The notes beneath the pieces are model-generated. The model did not search any database. It was given only the letters and a program-made list of their open reading frames with translations, and was not told where the DNA came from. Shown here piece by piece: positions 62,086 through 64,000 of a stretch of DNA of 64,000 bases (the stretch's first letter is position 1; each line of letters begins with the position of its first letter). The position numbers were made by a program, and so were the translations under genes. Origin of the DNA: an uncultured Lachnospiraceae bacterium (GTDB lineage Bacteria; Bacillota; Clostridia; Lachnospirales; Lachnospiraceae); contig CAJURQ010000010.1 of NCBI GenBank assembly GCA_910588955.1, positions 19,347 through 83,346 on the forward strand, in the 5' to 3' direction.

Positions 62086-62109
62086 TCTAACATTTTGACA
62101 GGTTTCAGT

Positions 62110-62143
62110 AACAAAGGACTATTTAAAGGGTAGTCCTTTGTTT
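62110..62143 (+). terminator. terminator after the AraC gene
   Basis: Perfect 12-bp stem AACAAAGGACTA / TAGTCCTTTGTT with a 9-nt loop. Confidence 0.75.
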
Positions 62144-62238
62144 AATATTATTGTAATATAAATAGTATAAGCGACACCAAATCATAAAAGAAACAGTAGG
62201 TATGGGGTAAAACATTTAAAAAGAGAAGGAGAGCGGGT

Positions 62239-63402
62239 ATGAAAGAGACAGTTTTGAAGAAATTTGAGGAGCTTTACGGGAATGCGGACGGCGCCAGCGT
62301 GTATTTCGCGCCGGGCAGGGTGAACATGATCGGCGAGCACACGGATTACAACGGGGGTCACGTATTTCCCTGCGCGCTGACGATCGGCACTTACGCGGCG
62401 GTGAAAAAGAGGGAGGACAGAAAGCTGCGGTTCTATTCCATGAACTTTGAAAAAATGGGCGTGGTGGAGAGCAGTCTGGATGATCTGACGCCCTCCGACG
62501 CGGCGGGATGGACGAACTACCCGAAGGGGGTTATGTGGGCGTTCGCGGAGCGTGGCATGAAGATGGACTGCGGGCTGGATATTGTGTTAAACGGCGATAT
62601 TCCTGGCGGTTCCGGCTTATCTTCCTCCGCATCTTTGGAGGTGCTGACAGGTTTTTATCTGCGGGATTTGTTTGGCTTTGACGTGACTAATGTGGACTTG
62701 GCGCTGATTGGTCAGTATTCGGAAAACAATTTTAACGGCATGAACTGCGGCATCATGGATCAGTTCGCCTCAGCGATGGGCAAGAAGGACAACGCGATCT
62801 TTTTAGATACGGCGGATCTGTCCTATCAGTATGCGCCCCTTGTGCTGGACGGCGCGAAGATCATTGTGACCAACGGCAATGTGAAGCACTCCCTTGTCAA
62901 TTCCGGCTACAACACGAGAAGAAAAGAGAGCGAGCAGGCATTGGCTGACTTGCAGAAGGCGGTAAAGATAGAGACGCTCGGCGATCTGACGGAGGAGGCG
63001 TTCGAGGCGAACAAGTCTGCCATCAGCGACGCGGTCTGCGCAAAGCGCGCGAAACATGCGGTTTACGAGAACCAGAGAACCATCCGTGCGGTGGAAGCGC
63101 TGAAAAATAACAATTTGAAGGAGTTTGGCGAGCTGATGAACGCGTCCCATGTTTCCCTGCGGGATGACTATGAGGTGTCCTGCGACGAGATCGACGTGCT
63201 TGTGGAGGAGGCATGGAAGGTGGACGGCGTGATCGGTTCCCGCATCACGGGCGGCGGTTTCGGCGGCTGCACGGTGAGCATTGTGAAGGACGAGGCGGTG
63301 GAGACCTTTAAGGAAAAAGTGGGCGCGGCTTACAAGGAGCGCGTCGGCAAAGATGCGGATTTCTATGTGGTGGAGATCGGCGACGGTCCGTCTAAACTGT
63401 GA
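62239..63402 (+). CDS. galK: galactokinase
   Basis: 387 aa. Signature GRVNMIGEHTDYNGG and GHMP kinase motifs PGGSGLSSSAS and GGGFGGC. Confidence 0.95.
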   Translation: MKETVLKKFEELYGNADGASVYFAPGRVNMIGEHTDYNGGHVFPCALTIGTYAAVKKREDRKLRFYSMNFEKMGVVESSLDDLTPSDAAGWTNYPKGVMWAFAERGMKMDCGLDIVLNGDIPGGSGLSSSASLEVLTGFYLRDLFGFDVTNVDLALIGQYSENNFNGMNCGIMDQFASAMGKKDNAIFLDTADLSYQYAPLVLDGAKIIVTNGNVKHSLVNSGYNTRRKESEQALADLQKAVKIETLGDLTEEAFEANKSAISDAVCAKRAKHAVYENQRTIRAVEALKNNNLKEFGELMNASHVSLRDDYEVSCDEIDVLVEEAWKVDGVIGSRITGGGFGGCTVSIVKDEAVETFKEKVGAAYKERVGKDADFYVVEIGDGPSKL

Positions 63403-63427
63403 TAGGGTGAGTTGAGGAGGATATAAG

Positions 63428-64000
63428 ATGATTCAGCAGAATATCAGAAAACTTGTAAAATACGGTTTACTTACGGGACTGATTGAAAAAGAGGATGAGA
63501 TATACACGACCAATCGCCTGCTAGAGCTTTTCGGACTGGATGAGCTGGAGGAGGGCGATGACGTCACCATGACGGTAGAGGAGTTGGAGGCGGTGCTTAA
63601 GGAGATGCTGGACTATGCCTGCGAGAAGGGGCTGATTGAGGACAGTATCGTGTATCGGGATCTTTTTGACACAAAGATCATGGGACTGCTCACACCGAGA
63701 CCCAGCGAGGTAATCAGGACATTCGGCGAAAAATATGAGGCGGACCCGAAAGAGGCGACAGATTATTTTTATAAACTGAGCCGGGACACGGATTACATCA
63801 GACGATACCGCATCGTGAAAGACCAGAAATGGATTTCGTCCACCAAATACGGCGATCTGGATATCACGATCAATCTCTCCAAGCCGGAAAAGGACCCGAA
63901 GGCGATTGCGGCGGCGAAAAACGCAAAGCAGGGCGGCTATCCGAAATGCCTTCTCTGTTGGGAGAACGAGGGATACGCAGGGCGGGTAAACCATCCCGCA
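63428..64000 (+). CDS. galT: UDP-glucose--hexose-1-phosphate uridylyltransferase (Firmicutes type 2 GalT), N-terminal 191 aa; continues past the right edge
   Basis: Not in the ORF track because there is no stop in the window. ATG 63428 follows GAGGAGG. My translation: MIQQNIRKLVKYGLLTGLIEKEDEIYTTNRLLELFGL...DLDITINLSKPEKDPKAIAAAK...YPKCLLCWENEGYAGRVNHPA. Confidence 0.88.
   Translation, partial: MIQQNIRKLVKYGLLTGLIEKEDEIYTTNRLLELFGLDELEEGDDVTMTVEELEAVLKEMLDYACEKGLIEDSIVYRDLFDTKIMGLLTPRPSEVIRTFGEKYEADPKEATDYFYKLSRDTDYIRRYRIVKDQKWISSTKYGDLDITINLSKPEKDPKAIAAAKNAKQGGYPKCLLCWENEGYAGRVNHPA

Noticed and set aside
1-64000. Defence islands, toxin-antitoxin pairs, prophage or integrative elements, restriction-modification, retrons and secondary-metabolite clusters.
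   Set aside because: I found no integrase, recombinase, phage structural, cas, methyltransferase-nuclease pair, reverse transcriptase, NRPS/PKS or short paired ORFs. The only nuclease-like accessory gene is the solitary Rpn homologue.

Overview
The window looks like a chromosomal segment of a spore-forming, moderately GC-rich Clostridia (Lachnospiraceae-like) Firmicute. I call about 60 protein genes and one tRNA. I see no rRNA, CRISPR array, prophage or canonical defence or toxin system.

Gene blocks, left to right:
(1) 0-4 kb, housekeeping: a partial PBP-type D-Ala-D-Ala carboxypeptidase, trmB, trxA and a cation/proton antiporter.
(2) 4-5 kb: a low-GC Rpn-type PD-(D/E)XK nuclease gene next to tRNA-Pro(CGG).
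(3) 5-14.5 kb: a glycoside-utilisation locus with three AraC regulators, an acetyltransferase, a HAD phosphatase, GH127 and GH3.
(4) 15-27.7 kb: a Bacillus-like sporulation and division block (cca, cotS-like, PEGA lipoprotein, mazG, hup, yabO, yabP, yabQ, divIC, a short spoIIE, tilS, hpt, ftsH).
(5) 28-36.6 kb: GH13, a transglutaminase-like protein, a mini MGMT, threonine aldolase, and an ECF sigma / anti-sigma / vWA lipoprotein module.
(6) 36.7-40 kb, stress genes: hsp20 and perR - reverse rubrerythrin - rubredoxin. The rubredoxin is missing from the ORF track.
(7) 40-46 kb: a histidine kinase / OmpR-type regulator pair, an rluA-like gene, a ytvI-like gene and an O-antigen-ligase-like gene.
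(8) 46.2-54.4 kb: a low-GC, single-strand cassette for choline import and activation plus teichoic-acid-type assembly.
(9) 54.6-64 kb: proS, blaI/blaR1-like genes, an amidase, and AraC-galK-galT.

Most unusual items:
- The choline cassette contains a YidC-like::TagF-like fusion and has no LicD.
- A ~58-nt promoter-proximal element is shared, with one compensatory base-pair swap, by the two-component operon and the amidase gene.
- Two short intergenic repeat families sit at fixed positions relative to terminators or start codons.
- The SpoIIE homologue has no membrane domain.

All functional calls rest on motif recognition by eye. No database search was run.
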